Virus record (IMG/VR): IMGVR_UViG_3300032232_001415
Location: 64,001 to 128,000 of that record
Length of the DNA: 64,000 bases
Reading direction: 5' to 3' (one strand)
Source of the DNA: a virus
Taxonomy: Duplodnaviria > Caudoviricetes
The position numbers and the translations under genes were made by a program. The first letter of the stretch is position 1. Every line of letters starts with the position of its first letter. Below the pieces are notes generated by a model. That model did not search any database. It was given only the letters and a program-made list of their open reading frames with translations, and had not been told where the DNA came from. This document shows, piece after piece, positions 47,801 to 52,475 of this stretch.

Positions 47801-48900
47801 GGCCCAACGAATTTTCCTTGTAAATCTGTTAAGTTAACTCCAAATTCTTTTAAGGCCTCTATAGTTCCGCCTCTTTGAACACGAGTAAAAATTGTTCTTA
47901 AACCAGTAGCAATAGTTTCTGCGCTTTCACGAGTTGTTGCTCTTACACTAGTAAATACTGCTAAAAATTCATTCAATGCGTCTTTACCTTCGCTAACTCC
48001 TCTGCTAGATGCGGCAAAAACACCACCGGTACGCTGAATAGCAGTAATTAAGTCGCTAGATTCAACGGCGAATTTAGCAGCAACAGCATTGACAGATCCT
48101 AGTGCTGATCCGAGATCTTTAGCACTAATACCGAACTGTCTCATAAGGGCGATACTTCCTTCTACTGTCTCACTTAAATTATCGAAAGATGGAGCAAGAG
48201 CACTTTGGGCCAAAGCTTCTAGGGCCTTTTCTGTATCTCTTGCGCTCAAACCAGCCTGAGCTAGTGTGCTGGAAACACTGATTAATTCTCTAGATGAAAC
48301 ACCAAGGCTTGTGGATAGTCCAGTAATTTGATTAACAAGCTTGCTAAGATCTGATATGGAGGTATCTGTTACCTGAGAAACTCTAACTAACTCTCTATTA
48401 AAATCAATAAAATCTTTAGATGCTGATGATATTGCATTTCCAATTTTATATACAGCCCCGGTAACAGTTGCAAATGCGGCAAATCTACGAATAGCAAGAG
48501 CGCCTTGTCTTCCAAATTCTTCAAATTCTGTTCTAGCCTGTTGTACAGCTTTTGCTGATTTATTAGCATTACTAGTCAATTGATTATTAGCACTAGCAGC
48601 ACTTTGAATAGCTCTTGGTAAAGAACTAATATTAGATACTGTTTGTTGTGCAGTTCTTGATAACGTGGCTAAACTAGTATTAGCTTGTCTAGATAATGTG
48701 GAAGTATTTCTTAGACTATCATTAAGTCTATTAAATGCTTGAGAAAGATTAGAGACATTTCTTGCCACACTAGGATCTATTTTTACACTAACATTAGCAT
48801 CAATTGTTCCTAGCTGTCTACGAATATCTGCAACTACTGTGCGAATATTTGATGGACCACGAAGATTAATTTCTGCTGTTAAATTAAATCCTTTAGCCAT
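29878..48900 (-). CDS. giant polyvalent tail tape measure protein (6340 aa) with embedded enzyme modules
   Basis: N-terminal TMP core ('ELVRVSQVT...LAQAGL...VAAKFAVESSDL...TRESAETIATGLRTIFTRV'). Follows the tail tube and chaperone genes. Six GG...DTVPAML(T/S/E)PGEFV motifs. AGGA RBS. Confidence 0.9.
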   Translation of the reverse strand: MAKGFNLTAEINLRGPSNIRTVVADIRRQLGTIDANVSVKIDPSVARNVSNLSQAFNRLNDSLRNTSTLSRQANTSLATLSRTAQQTVSNISSLPRAIQSAASANNQLTSNANKSAKAVQQARTEFEEFGRQGALAIRRFAAFATVTGAVYKIGNAISSASKDFIDFNRELVRVSQVTDTSISDLSKLVNQITGLSTSLGVSSRELISVSSTLAQAGLSARDTEKALEALAQSALAPSFDNLSETVEGSIALMRQFGISAKDLGSALGSVNAVAAKFAVESSDLITAIQRTGGVFAASSRGVSEGKDALNEFLAVFTSVRATTRESAETIATGLRTIFTRVQRGGTIEALKEFGVNLTDLQGKFVGPYEAVKRLSAGLSQLDPRDLRFSRIVEELGGFRQIGKVIPLIQEFATAQQALVVAQRGQGSLARDATTAQQAFAVQLTKVREEFTALIRSIGNDSGFQNFIKMSLDLTSGLIRIADAAKGVIPALTAITAIRGVSALGQFATGFAGGLRTTKKNSGGMIHKFARGGVVPGSGDGDTVPAMLEPGEFVIRKRAVQTIGASNLHRMNKYGIGGTIKSGASRKRKKYAIGGIVSVNNLNRVTDGDTLNINVTPTDDPFDTGTRLLGVDAFEVTNKGGRKNSWQKTLGLKAKEVATDHYKTKSNQDILKLLRPSGNKKNEKYGRILLEDNELANKLMSSGLAVPYGSGAASSMTKEEYKKRFPGKTVEETIKDFSPAGSSKIQKKNIGGMIQKFMAGGKAEAIPFGTGETKFPKRITNAYAKELQKKLDLERVNNAFDPYPTNERITVDPAEVQQKFQSEPFDRKRFLSLFNTKISRNELLGNLSDFAKFIGLPEEDLSKVLPQTIDFGGKLQTYGYRGKFSRDPFGAQGYDDKGLEPFGFTQADEQDLFGYQKLLDEKTKETKKILKTPVTTYEDGSFSYDTVAFNKSMDEKMALGKKVSDIMSKKAVARKGLMEQKKGILESTGRGFVSMASNAFDRNQPKNVLYHELTHQLLNSLRTQSEDSFTKYKERVSQLFNGDNDGLADAFDALGGSYNSADVVYGRSYKNGLLDTVLQNLRQETMNFGGRGANPELSKEAYSMWVESGQKKNAREYRPINPKINEILLKGGQRQDTIGKVEDYGKEEFLTTLIQNAPKLDSNMQGILDSTLNELFSNAGIKRQAYGAGGQVLRNIGIVDTDVLRDPANASIVDKAMEKLGITDVSDYTTKLGELAAKARKTGSLSKFRAIAGAAGSGKSSLATGKGATDDATLRKTVRSQILTPEDIEKVNEVIVLTSTASQSKLDAYLKDVDRAYVLSSNNRGEQDQIRLNRDSRDTTGEGLYGRKPGTTRGADADFALEETILRDELGKKATVLGRKKDSFGLRRKKDSELPEMVQAGGFYMGGFAPPTRGHRGALDTLLENMLAKNPNASLEDIVVNVATDLPMVVGKEGIDHAARYGIFQEDLRALFSQINFGNAMISTQGQPAGGLSKFMEVAGSGDRRKFAKLKGAMAITSGKDDKTLGKYQRAGIDVKDIPRIEDISATKVRDALFHGDDKTLTSLLHPDIASVLMGNRAQLRNRSTMVPMLIEEIQKFVDQDKARSNTEVTEILSNAPGGPYGNVSADLKKNYPEIADQVKQIRDKRDRVSKGAFGYRAHNIIRALSAKYPETYGIDPSRKSSVSAQPSDITKEAIASQLSEQMSGEFGGVSTAMPSGLEAAILQNVEKATQVKKSSGILPTQGTEILKRFGSERLPSDPSFGPFGGKTVRDTADGGKLKYWQTSLPPATNPEKQAYYFATRDYLIQKFNESQGTKSAQALSDTTSAVLSSQQLGLVGLNPLGYTGLLGPETWNLGVDSSGQERSIDASIVQRGLPNQYQNVIDYLSGKTEEIVGGASKLLGISPKKLTKKQRETLGQGNIEGALLEQIFGSADATILDDALRTRPIDFPMGIGPKAAKIFGIDPNIPTEVKRTIDSGSRGKAIKEFQRYFRQQYGIPESKEVAKFHTGGKVGYSGMFRKFASGGHSEDTVAALLTPGEFVINKRAAQSIGLPRLNKLNRADKILGFNKGGSVGTVQKFVDGGLTKSLDDMGLEQQAKKLAAQLIKGGMSLGEALDKARKEVTDSIQGPPKGPTSMVPQQLKTSSGSRLTDEQKASTAIPVNRADIEQARLERRAASRGDVVGGFEVDERGRVKGNRRITGPGADTTKVGTRGSQEAFEASAPNRGIGYTYQYESLFGPAEGRVRGSQIAAPPPFINRSSSTMSQARLDQIVNSMTNSAKQSAGFFQQISKAASVTASTTGGMLKNVKGFVTGKTTLTGKVLTEDQIEARRNSTSSWQNKGLAAAFAIPMAAENIGSSIGGAKGAGVAAGGTAFGTAVSIGSQFGPYGALVGAIAGTVLAVEGYNKGVAQAEKELSEKKIENTSAGIDKNFERLSRNAKDTAATNSVLQGIKTISEEEGKIQTKNDQLKQPGVLQKFGNYITAGYMFNTTKQNDTELGQERAATNRAGADAAIKLLSNQVTAYSGKGFGAAMGSLGPNQDAVKKQIAEGSAEFQAKNAKLERALADKYTDDATKEEIRNEQKALIETYFKQETAGLQIAAADAERAKASSKLAKAINMSTVSISRTFANMDSAVAKTSVSLQNVSSRLEDIANGTVSLKTSFNAKNIISNPNAYSSNQQSGAMRQVSGFFGSDAKFVEQLASFGGDARTIASSMAAQAQQAGTDPELAAENIQRALTDKLIKSFGDNRLTDNLRKQIASAIDAQRAKKQEGGEFDLDAFINELTGLNDLTEANKQLMESTTKIITAVEEGLNIYANAIEKSIALQSEINNLYAENIVNQKNIDIRQKELLGKEVGVSERGSARVQAAEIKAGVKTGSLNTTDLMAAYKIASQELNRVSEQKRSFESSGANLADPRVQAQLQSFIRQIADLNNQITKTKDGLKNIASNIQSSIEDAMNEIQKRVAKIETVRQASVGFAEKMVTGTPQELMDMRNSYELVTNTLNGQIRTIQQSAAANEAYSKIIKDGGTQQEAMTAAQEAYSNENKQAFATFNEMLQMMGLEGKESNQLRADMIRGMARNNGLQNDPFVTKALSLLEKDTGEDPIVKQLNALIDVQQTALSDATQALAGTLNEQQITLIQTAGEAIRKAISETTINFNTQQLREIGLGIQRPGNVMNKASGGMVYASSGKFIPRGTDTVPAMLSPGEFVVNSRATKNNLPLLNAINKNSGGPVYLKKGSSKPVTAADAAADALADMDAQPKPGKPKPTARQRAARAGSAAFSAATSSGVSGNVARNVLRTAGGAAVSAVAGENAGIVVEEIGAISDIGVTAAQSAGLPSRASGLTAQAANTAYRSGGRQGLRAAIPAANMPVTRPSVIWPNAPAPLRAPQGPAMILTEIGVQSAYEIGSAVYDTPAYIRAKNEETRQQMEEGNIGTNIVGNVFGTDMSISRPSTWIPGRGIPAAVGRTSVAIGGAASASAEAERLRQETERRNYGLPSAEIGTASGREFQMTQGFTTTAIRWARRRARVKRDIEKARNEIGKYDTDTLTFEIRFTRFAQEQGLSQSTIDQALSSNNPIGYVDKYLDKNFKEEIYNQNGERNSLFMNGSLPVHQNPYLGGSGYTDEDAKLERLTNDYIVLQKEQEIKSEQKRKEEERAHKANETFMFNTYERPGLEQNINQGIEGIQNAGQNLLNLGSSLVSTYNNVRIPSAVAKQADQYINKPIIPEKIEEVDKLARQRAYLQQQMTEARASLQRKMDDQGSVLTMADYELYGSDIKPEGRYSKENNAIILERKRADHAKKIKEIETYYGRKINEVNTQIVDTNAKFKDLSPEERKQKWDEYDKAKSDEKAKIEADKKDEARAESARRMRDRREASQAERRSLQRFKLVAGISGMNPPTDPRRAEGWRKNVLRRLQDKWNIGGLAKDNIEYFVKNYNMSADTAQAIFMPFNDRQLSAWADVMSQQGTISATDKKILKLSNDEITQLANPRDKAIAIQRRPLLERQQQALAVKSLATMSSFEKAAARGSSLTRAQQANLRMNLINRMIDKGFIKRGEDANTSAARLNNLGVSQQTAQFLFPNTVTGMVAGNFSNGGVIYASSGRLINFEPKGTDTVPAMLTPGEFVVNARATKENLPLLQSINKNKGGSVNYLADGGLASSKIRSDFSQNINNQNALKEIKDVKKLVSDTRINSISSKDTSSKIYDNNIKNQNYANPLLKNINGTTSDTKKTLDKVAASSGFSSGGVVYASSGKLINFEPKGTDTVPAMLTPGEFVVNARSTSQHLPLLKAINSSKGGDVKHLNNGGVVYAQWGLKVPTVTQGYLEDKYGGPRPKPYGPAPVVSTWYEKTFRSILGQDLFKTDKKGNNIGVDTVYAKIMKDRMNSQAWDRLPMMHQDDESYARKNVTSLLDEVQGVGKDRPLRPGEYNPWNTKDRKAQTDRINAKRRFFGESSADNMPRDKDGDFLKGRRPTLDEILSGRYPDPENLSLKQRLMLLKQQIEARNKFLKEQPIKEQQDKDRRSQPVDLSKTGRGPDDLTIRDTVKWGSIGGSPTPTTGTNTKPSPTPAPKPPVSAPSKPSPTPAPKPPVSAPSKPSPTPAPKPPVSAPNFDDKYPYLSGKAGRDMKQKQAEKYPYLSGSVGRGEMPNLAFGERVWYGDKKWDLNNDGKEEESIMGRFDSVTSDGDIRIIRPDGRPLLLDKKSFGRFANDKDRAAAGMKPQNKSLGGLVAYLQDGGFTLPGANGNYRPVGGGSRNSQLPGGMQLPGGMQLPGDMQPSEQKYDQDPQNTETYGNRKLIDVSNSDQMHASANDLVSRLMPYTSGPKGVARLLALRKQDFGIRSTSWGPGAIGHPTAMGEATTNTLDPRGTHLAFKDRNSTEAMVQHEMGHAIQHSSGAHTFRSTDSLTQYKAGKLGVIKNDIKDFLYDPKGWPDLYSGQKDYSSDDIWAKPNELFTSLIEKMDHPKFGQNALAQEMLKKVMKAYGFKKGGMVNYLQKGGKPYYHSENVKITEGTESPSINKQDQRPFAPNYTTWLDSGKNSGKYNGWYDAMTKTVVDKQGIPSIHAQGKGPNRVLSPFHESQQLGSFHGRLQVAEDMLQLASVGSNLRQKGSPIGRNRRQSNIDEPSIQYSTADQIRSLNMRVKPGYEKMYPYAGQHTKLDEVVRFLRVEASNPSDKKGSSEYSQTLSEQPGGILANRRRWFFPMDESEAPKALRFYAQSRSQTQDSDDLTDLDKLSLQLRMLEMPIKEAERYRLSHASMKKDPLAQHSRMKQHEFLFPPEVAEKSRTLSVDELTPDLKTSLASRQLSDIMTSGRREYAATRDSQDKFHDRPLDLIREIYKARRAEYQRMIDNGHVDKDAPHMKRRMEALDKEEFDLTRRVQKTLEKPITLPEDYMSLYKGGIVYAQEGSYIPFKSPRAKALNDRRIQGEKVQEEKQKAAMLDRLRKQLNAELAPTGNRAMSELQQRLRASGYLEGKKQRKDAAIDKEEYEQIKFALDMIEEYKRFQYSQIPVNNKFDSEAEKTRRRNTPQLPPPLPHLTPQSKQYGGMVNYLQNGGLSSDDMALREKIDRDIRERAKWEAERPKREGIEKRRMEKELRKKEIAERREAISELKVNILGPKPNGGGEGLFGKDRGSGYDGRWKGEYAKLPNNIEALKRIRDEKLYTPEGMSKTQASFDNVFRSAQTQTQRRKEEFKGYDKTDFIMGFMIDSDTNLTRLKDGYLTKDELSVIFKFWDINKDGLLQANELDPQNRKLPDILNKSLRPKQNILDPEIGSLDPEAGVKRLNPKTESLPHETMGPRDPAVNTPPPRPNRQESTFAGAGQYAKINVTDFDTMIAAREEFIQKLLPYTSSPEGAKKLISKSKSGENKHKNRIGFGGSLNYGVDLKEFPESEWGRGRFMGRAGAEKRGLPETDNGMMFNKEQIQKGVVQHEMAHALQDISTRGGMGYTQDMYEGKISDGYGKKTDISADVNNYLTNKAGWSLVQKLHRGRTGHDTLYQTQMPGMEVFTNMVQFMDLIKGSSQQDIDRAMYNDADTVNINDFNNLYDNTLKLIMKSMGYKRGGIVYASAGTLVPYQPKGTDTVPAMLTPGEFVVNRESTQKHLPLLKSINAGAYATGGEVYKEEAERKRKAYQDEMERRRRSYREDKDMRSLVSARKYEDSGRSLPSGLQSRLSSIQDRDPLTYNTMRNYNANLGYMAPSLTNSQNTTKNDSPEFGQILTTLTQSSRDFNNAITVATKALQDYQRQIVSGGATTGNSVSNNGAPNNIGLDGLSQFTDKFNNFVSELQKINLPPIINVEGTHKVEVVINGASALQNILQGPIGDLVRDSVKNAFDKLRASTEGGISIN
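30638..30750 (-). repeat. TMP linker motif copy 6 (GYKRGGIVYASAG...KGTDTVPAMLTPGEFVVN)
   Basis: Read directly in the translation and DNA. Confidence 0.9.
32261..32283 (-). repeat. 23-nt exact repeat in GG linker (GGMVNYLQNGG), copy B
   Basis: ttttgtaaataattaaccattcc, identical to 33935-33957. Confidence 0.9.
33935..33957 (-). repeat. 23-nt exact repeat in GG linker (GGMVNYLQKGG), copy A
   Basis: Identical to 32261-32283. Confidence 0.9.
34593..34650 (-). repeat. 18-nt tandem repeat x3.2 encoding QLPG(G/D)M
   Basis: gttgcata(c/t)cgccaggaa units. Confidence 0.9.
35093..35234 (-). repeat. 48-nt tandem repeat x3 encoding the Pro-rich linker KPSPTPAPKPPVSAP(S)
   Basis: ggagcactaaccggtggcttcggagcaggagttgg(t/c)gacggttttgat units, nearly identical. 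Confidence 0.95.
36080..36190 (-). repeat. TMP linker motif copy 5 (FSSGGVVYASSGKLINFEPKGTDTVPAMLTPGEFVVN)
   Basis: Near-identical protein sequence to copy 4. Confidence 0.9.
36530..36640 (-). repeat. TMP linker motif copy 4 (FSNGGVIYASSGRLINFEPKGTDTVPAMLTPGEFVVN)
   Basis: Read directly. Confidence 0.9.
39278..39375 (-). repeat. TMP linker motif copy 3 (ASGGMVYASSGKFIPRGTDTVPAMLSPGEFVVN)
   Basis: Read directly. Confidence 0.9.
42781..42847 (-). repeat. TMP linker motif copy 2 (FASGGHSEDTVAALLTPGEFVI)
   Basis: Read directly. Confidence 0.85.
47242..47320 (-). repeat. TMP linker motif copy 1 (FARGGVVPGSGDGDTVPAMLEPGEFVI)
   Basis: Read directly; marks the end of the N-terminal TMP core. Confidence 0.9.
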
Positions 48901-48915
48901 AATTATTTATTTCCT

Positions 48916-48958
48916 AAAAAATAACACCACACTGCATAGAATACAGTATGGTGCTATT
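48916..48958 (-). terminator. terminator/attenuator hairpin immediately upstream of the TMP RBS
   Basis: On the - strand AATAGCACCATACTGTA-TTCTA-TGCAGTGTGGTGTTATT forms a 17-bp stem with 3 G-U pairs, followed by a T run and then AGGA. Confidence 0.7.
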
Positions 48959-48983
48959 GGTATTATCTAATGAAAGAAAATTT

Positions 48984-49892
48984 TTAACTATTTGAAGCAG
49001 GCGATTCTGGACCATTTGTTGATTCGACGGAAGTTTTAGTCTCTTCTGAGTTTTTAACTTCTGCTGCTTCAACTGATGGTTGTGGTGTTGTTTCATTTTC
49101 TAGTACTACCGGATTTCCGTCGTCATCTAAAAATGGTTGTGAATCAACAATATAATCTCCATCTTTATCTACCTTATTACCAAATTTATCCACAAAGTTA
49201 CCAGCTTCGTCAATATATCTGCCACTCTCATCAACTAGTCTGCCTTCAATATCAACCAGTCTGCCTTCTTTGTTAATGAGCCTTAGTTTATCATCAACGA
49301 ACTTAAATTTTTGTAAAAATTTATTTTCTGGTAAACTCTTTTCAAAATTGTTATCCAAACCATAAATCATGTTAGCCAATTTTTGAGCACCAACAAGAGC
49401 GACGGGGTCATCTGTTCTATTTAAATAGTCTTCTAAACTCTTAAAATAGCGCTCATTATTCTCTTTATACACCACACATGATGATACAAGATAGTTAAAT
49501 CTCGCATTATCAGCTTGACCTTCTGCGCTATGATTATCCAAACTAGTTCTAACACTAATTAAATCTCTTATTTCTTCTCTTGTTTTTTTCATTTCAAGAG
49601 CAAGATTTTTAGCCTCTTTAAGATTAAATCCTCCTTTAGCTAGTCTTTTTTCACCATCAAGAATTTGCTGTTGTAGTTCAGTGAACTTAGCCTGTTTTTC
49701 TTGATTCCATAGCCCTTGCTCTTCCAAAAGATCATCAAGTTTTGCTCTAACAACAGCCTTAGATTTTATAGCATCAGTAAATGCTTGATTATATGCTTTC
49801 TGAGCTTCTCTTTGATCATTCAAAGTAGGAGAACGAACGGTAAATTCTTTGTCTTTGCTATCAACGGTAACTTTAAAATTTTCAGTTTTCAT
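48984..49892 (-). CDS. putative tail assembly chaperone
   Basis: Directly upstream of the TMP. Helical N-part ('FTVRSPT'), 7-aa DxxGxxVD repeats and an acidic tail. Confidence 0.55.
   Translation of the reverse strand: MKTENFKVTVDSKDKEFTVRSPTLNDQREAQKAYNQAFTDAIKSKAVVRAKLDDLLEEQGLWNQEKQAKFTELQQQILDGEKRLAKGGFNLKEAKNLALEMKKTREEIRDLISVRTSLDNHSAEGQADNARFNYLVSSCVVYKENNERYFKSLEDYLNRTDDPVALVGAQKLANMIYGLDNNFEKSLPENKFLQKFKFVDDKLRLINKEGRLVDIEGRLVDESGRYIDEAGNFVDKFGNKVDKDGDYIVDSQPFLDDDGNPVVLENETTPQPSVEAAEVKNSEETKTSVESTNGPESPASNS
49150..49280 (-). repeat. 7-aa D/N-x-x-G-x-x-(V/I) repeats in the chaperone
   Basis: INKEGRLVDIEGRLVDESGRYIDEAGNFVDKFGNKVDKDGDYI. Confidence 0.8.
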
Positions 49893-50185
49893 AGATCTTC
49901 ATCCTTTTTAATTGGAAAATTATATGTATAATTATTTTTAAATACTCCACCATATTTATAAAAGTCATCATTCAACTGTCTAATCTGTCTATTTCCATAG
50001 TTCAGAATATCATTTCTTAAAAATTCCCATCTGTCTAAAAAATCTTCTTCCAATGATGACAATTCGCCATCTTTATCTTGTCCCCATAGATGACCAAAAT
50101 GTTGTTCTATTCGAGCTAGTGCTCCTATCATAGTAGTCTGAATTCTTTTTTGTAATGTAAATTTTAATCTTTCTGGATTATACAT
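49889..50185 (-). CDS. hypothetical protein (98 aa)
   Basis: AAGGA RBS; 4-nt overlap with the downstream gene. Confidence 0.7.
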   Translation of the reverse strand: MYNPERLKFTLQKRIQTTMIGALARIEQHFGHLWGQDKDGELSSLEEDFLDRWEFLRNDILNYGNRQIRQLNDDFYKYGGVFKNNYTYNFPIKKDEDL

Positions 50186-50188
50186 ATA

Positions 50189-51220
50189 TTATATTCCTTT
50201 GATTTGTTCATGTATCTTTTGTCTAACATCCGGCAGATGAGAATCAGGCACTGCTTTATCTTGAGAAGTTACAACGCTCACCTTCTGCTTAAGATTATAT
50301 AATGACTGATCAGTATTAAAATCCAAAATAGTATCCGCAGTTTCCTTATTAGAAGCCATGAGGAAAATTTCCGATGAATTCCTAATTTTATCCGTCAACA
50401 TATTATCTACACCTTTTTCTTGTTTCTGCTTGATATTTTTCTTCTTTTGATCTATCATCCATCCGTCCAAAGCATCATCATCAGCTATAATTTCTTCTGG
50501 TGGAGCTTCAGGATGTTCATGAACTCTATCATACATTGTGGATATGTTCATTAATGTTTTTTGCTCATCTGACCACTGATCCACAGATTCTGTTAAAATA
50601 TTAGATTTATTATTTGACCAATAATTTCTCCAATATTCATTTCTTGCTATTTCTTTATATGTTTCAACAGATATAATCTCATTAGAAATTTGAGATATAA
50701 TCTCATTAAAAAAATTATATTCTATATAATTAGGGTCAAAGACTAATTTATTACTTTGAAAATAATATAATGTATGTGTTATTAAAAATTCATTTTTAAT
50801 TTTTTCACAATAGTGTTCCAAAGATAAATAATCTAAACAATGCAAATTATGATACTGTATATTAAGTTGTTTTTTAATTTGTTCTAGATTAAATCTATTT
50901 TTCTTTTTTTTATTAATATCTAGATATTGTTGATATAGTATTAATTTACTATTTTCTAATTTTTTTTCTATCCTTGATATTTGTTGGTTATAATCAAAAG
51001 ACAATAATCCTAATTCTATAGCAAGATTTGGAATATCTTCTATTAACCAAAAATCATCAAATAAACTAGATTCATAAATATCCTTATACAAAATATCTGA
51101 TTCTAGCTTAAGATCCAAACTTGGCTTATGTAGACAATATATAATATCTTTATATTTAAAGATTAATTTTCCAGATAATATCCTATGAACTAGCTGTTCT
51201 ATGACTCTTGATTCTGCCAC
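50189..51220 (-). CDS. hypothetical protein, possible tail assembly chaperone
   Basis: 343-aa helical ORF with GTG start between the tail tube and TMP genes; 'YDRVHEHPEAPPEEIIADDDALDGW'. Confidence 0.6.
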   Translation of the reverse strand: MAESRVIEQLVHRILSGKLIFKYKDIIYCLHKPSLDLKLESDILYKDIYESSLFDDFWLIEDIPNLAIELGLLSFDYNQQISRIEKKLENSKLILYQQYLDINKKKKNRFNLEQIKKQLNIQYHNLHCLDYLSLEHYCEKIKNEFLITHTLYYFQSNKLVFDPNYIEYNFFNEIISQISNEIISVETYKEIARNEYWRNYWSNNKSNILTESVDQWSDEQKTLMNISTMYDRVHEHPEAPPEEIIADDDALDGWMIDQKKKNIKQKQEKGVDNMLTDKIRNSSEIFLMASNKETADTILDFNTDQSLYNLKQKVSVVTSQDKAVPDSHLPDVRQKIHEQIKGI

Positions 51221-51348
51221 TTAGGATCCCATTTATCCGAAGATAAATTTTCCTGATTTTTAAGTTGTTTTTGTAAACTATCTATGATCCCCTGAGATCT
51301 CAAGAGATCATAGTATAGCTTACCTATTACTAAAAATAGTTCATCCAT
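51199..51348 (-). CDS. small coiled-coil protein (49 aa), missing from the ORF track
   Basis: AGGAATATAATT-ATG. Translates to MDELFLVIGKLYYDLLRSQGIIDSLQKQLKNQENLSSDKWDPKWQNQES*. Fills the apparent gap and overlaps the next start by 22 nt. Confidence 0.65.
   Translation of the reverse strand: MDELFLVIGKLYYDLLRSQGIIDSLQKQLKNQENLSSDKWDPKWQNQES
51273..51323 (-). other. 23-bp strand-specific RNA hairpin
   Basis: GTAAGCTATACTATGATCTCTTGA-GATC-TCAGGGGATCATAGATAGTTTAC: 23 pairs (3 G-U) and 1 bulge; no U-tract. Confidence 0.6.
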
Positions 51349-51419
51349 AATTATATTCCTAATTTCTTATTAACTTTACATTAGATCTTAATTCTTATTA
51401 ATTAACTATCACTAATTGC

Positions 51420-52442
51420 TCAGTCACCAGCCGACTCAGCATAGGTTAAGTAACCAGTACTGCCTGTTGGAGGAGTATAGGTGAAGTTGTTATATGATAT
51501 ATAACTATATGTTATAGTAGCATTACCACCACCAGTATCTCCACCAGTATAGTTAACACTGGTGAGCTTATTCTTTTTACCAAGATCAATTTGCATTCCA
51601 TCACATAGCTTGATAACAATCTCTTTGTCAGAAAGGGCTTTTGGATTATTGCAAGCAGTAGTGCTTGATCCACTAACTCCTACCATATCTCCAGTACTAG
51701 CAACAACTTGAATTTCTGTTGTTACTTGAACTGGGAAATTAACATAACGAACAAATGGTGTTCTGCTTCCTAGTTCACGAATTTGTTCGCGGCCAAGATT
51801 CATACTAACACTAACTTGACTAATCTTACTACCTGTTGGAATACCTCCAGAAACTGATTGAACAGTCATGTCACCAGCAGATCCTGTTGGAAGAACTGAG
51901 GCTGTGCTCCACATTCCTCTTCTAGCAATAGTTGTGGTACCACTATTTTCTGGAGCACCAGCTATAACTCCAACATTGGCTACCCAACTCTTGTCATTAC
52001 TAACTATTGTTACTTCTTCAGTAAAATTACCTTCTGTTGGGAAAGTATAACTCACACTTGATAAGTATGCTGGCACACACTCAACAGCTGCTGTTGCTTG
52101 TCCAGTTGCTGCTATGTTAGTATCTGGATAAAGTATTAATTTTACTCCACAACGATTATTCGCTGTTGCTGATAGTGTGCCCGAACCCATAGCCATACCA
52201 TAGATGGTATTACTTCCGTCTAGCACTTTATTAAGAGTAATTTCAACTTCTGGAATTTCTTCATAATTATCATAAAGATCCAACTGACCGAGCTGATAGA
52301 TTGGCTCAAGATTAAAGTTGGTGTTCATTCCAACACTCTGAAGACCCTGGATTGTATCATACAATGGATTAGCAGTACTGTCTCCACTTGGTCCGTTAAT
52401 TTGAACTGCTTGACAAGCATAAAAAATACGATTATTTGGCAT
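51420..52442 (-). CDS. major tail (tube) protein
   Basis: GGAG RBS. 'IQGLQSVGMNTNFNLEPIYQLGQ' and 'VSVSMNLGREQIRELGS' form a two-fold tube-like repeat. Synteny neck-tube-chaperone-TMP. Confidence 0.7.
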   Translation of the reverse strand: MPNNRIFYACQAVQINGPSGDSTANPLYDTIQGLQSVGMNTNFNLEPIYQLGQLDLYDNYEEIPEVEITLNKVLDGSNTIYGMAMGSGTLSATANNRCGVKLILYPDTNIAATGQATAAVECVPAYLSSVSYTFPTEGNFTEEVTIVSNDKSWVANVGVIAGAPENSGTTTIARRGMWSTASVLPTGSAGDMTVQSVSGGIPTGSKISQVSVSMNLGREQIRELGSRTPFVRYVNFPVQVTTEIQVVASTGDMVGVSGSSTTACNNPKALSDKEIVIKLCDGMQIDLGKKNKLTSVNYTGGDTGGGNATITYSYISYNNFTYTPPTGSTGYLTYAESAGD

Positions 52443-52475
52443 GGTATAACTCCAGAATTGTATTGGTTTTTAAAA

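Noticed and set aside
29878-48900. Inteins as the explanation for TMP insertions
   Set aside because: No C/S...HN-C/S/T splice junctions or LAGLIDADG motifs were seen; the inserts are bounded by GG linkers instead.
48914-49096. 60-aa ORF as a frameshift extension of the chaperone
   Set aside because: It runs through the terminator hairpin, has no RBS or convincing slippery site, and its composition looks off-frame.
51199-51225. Programmed -1 frameshift joining the 49-aa ORF to the 343-aa ORF (lambda G/GT-like)
   Set aside because: The frames are -1 related, but a TAA lies immediately before the GTG in the downstream frame and the short overlap has no slippery heptamer.
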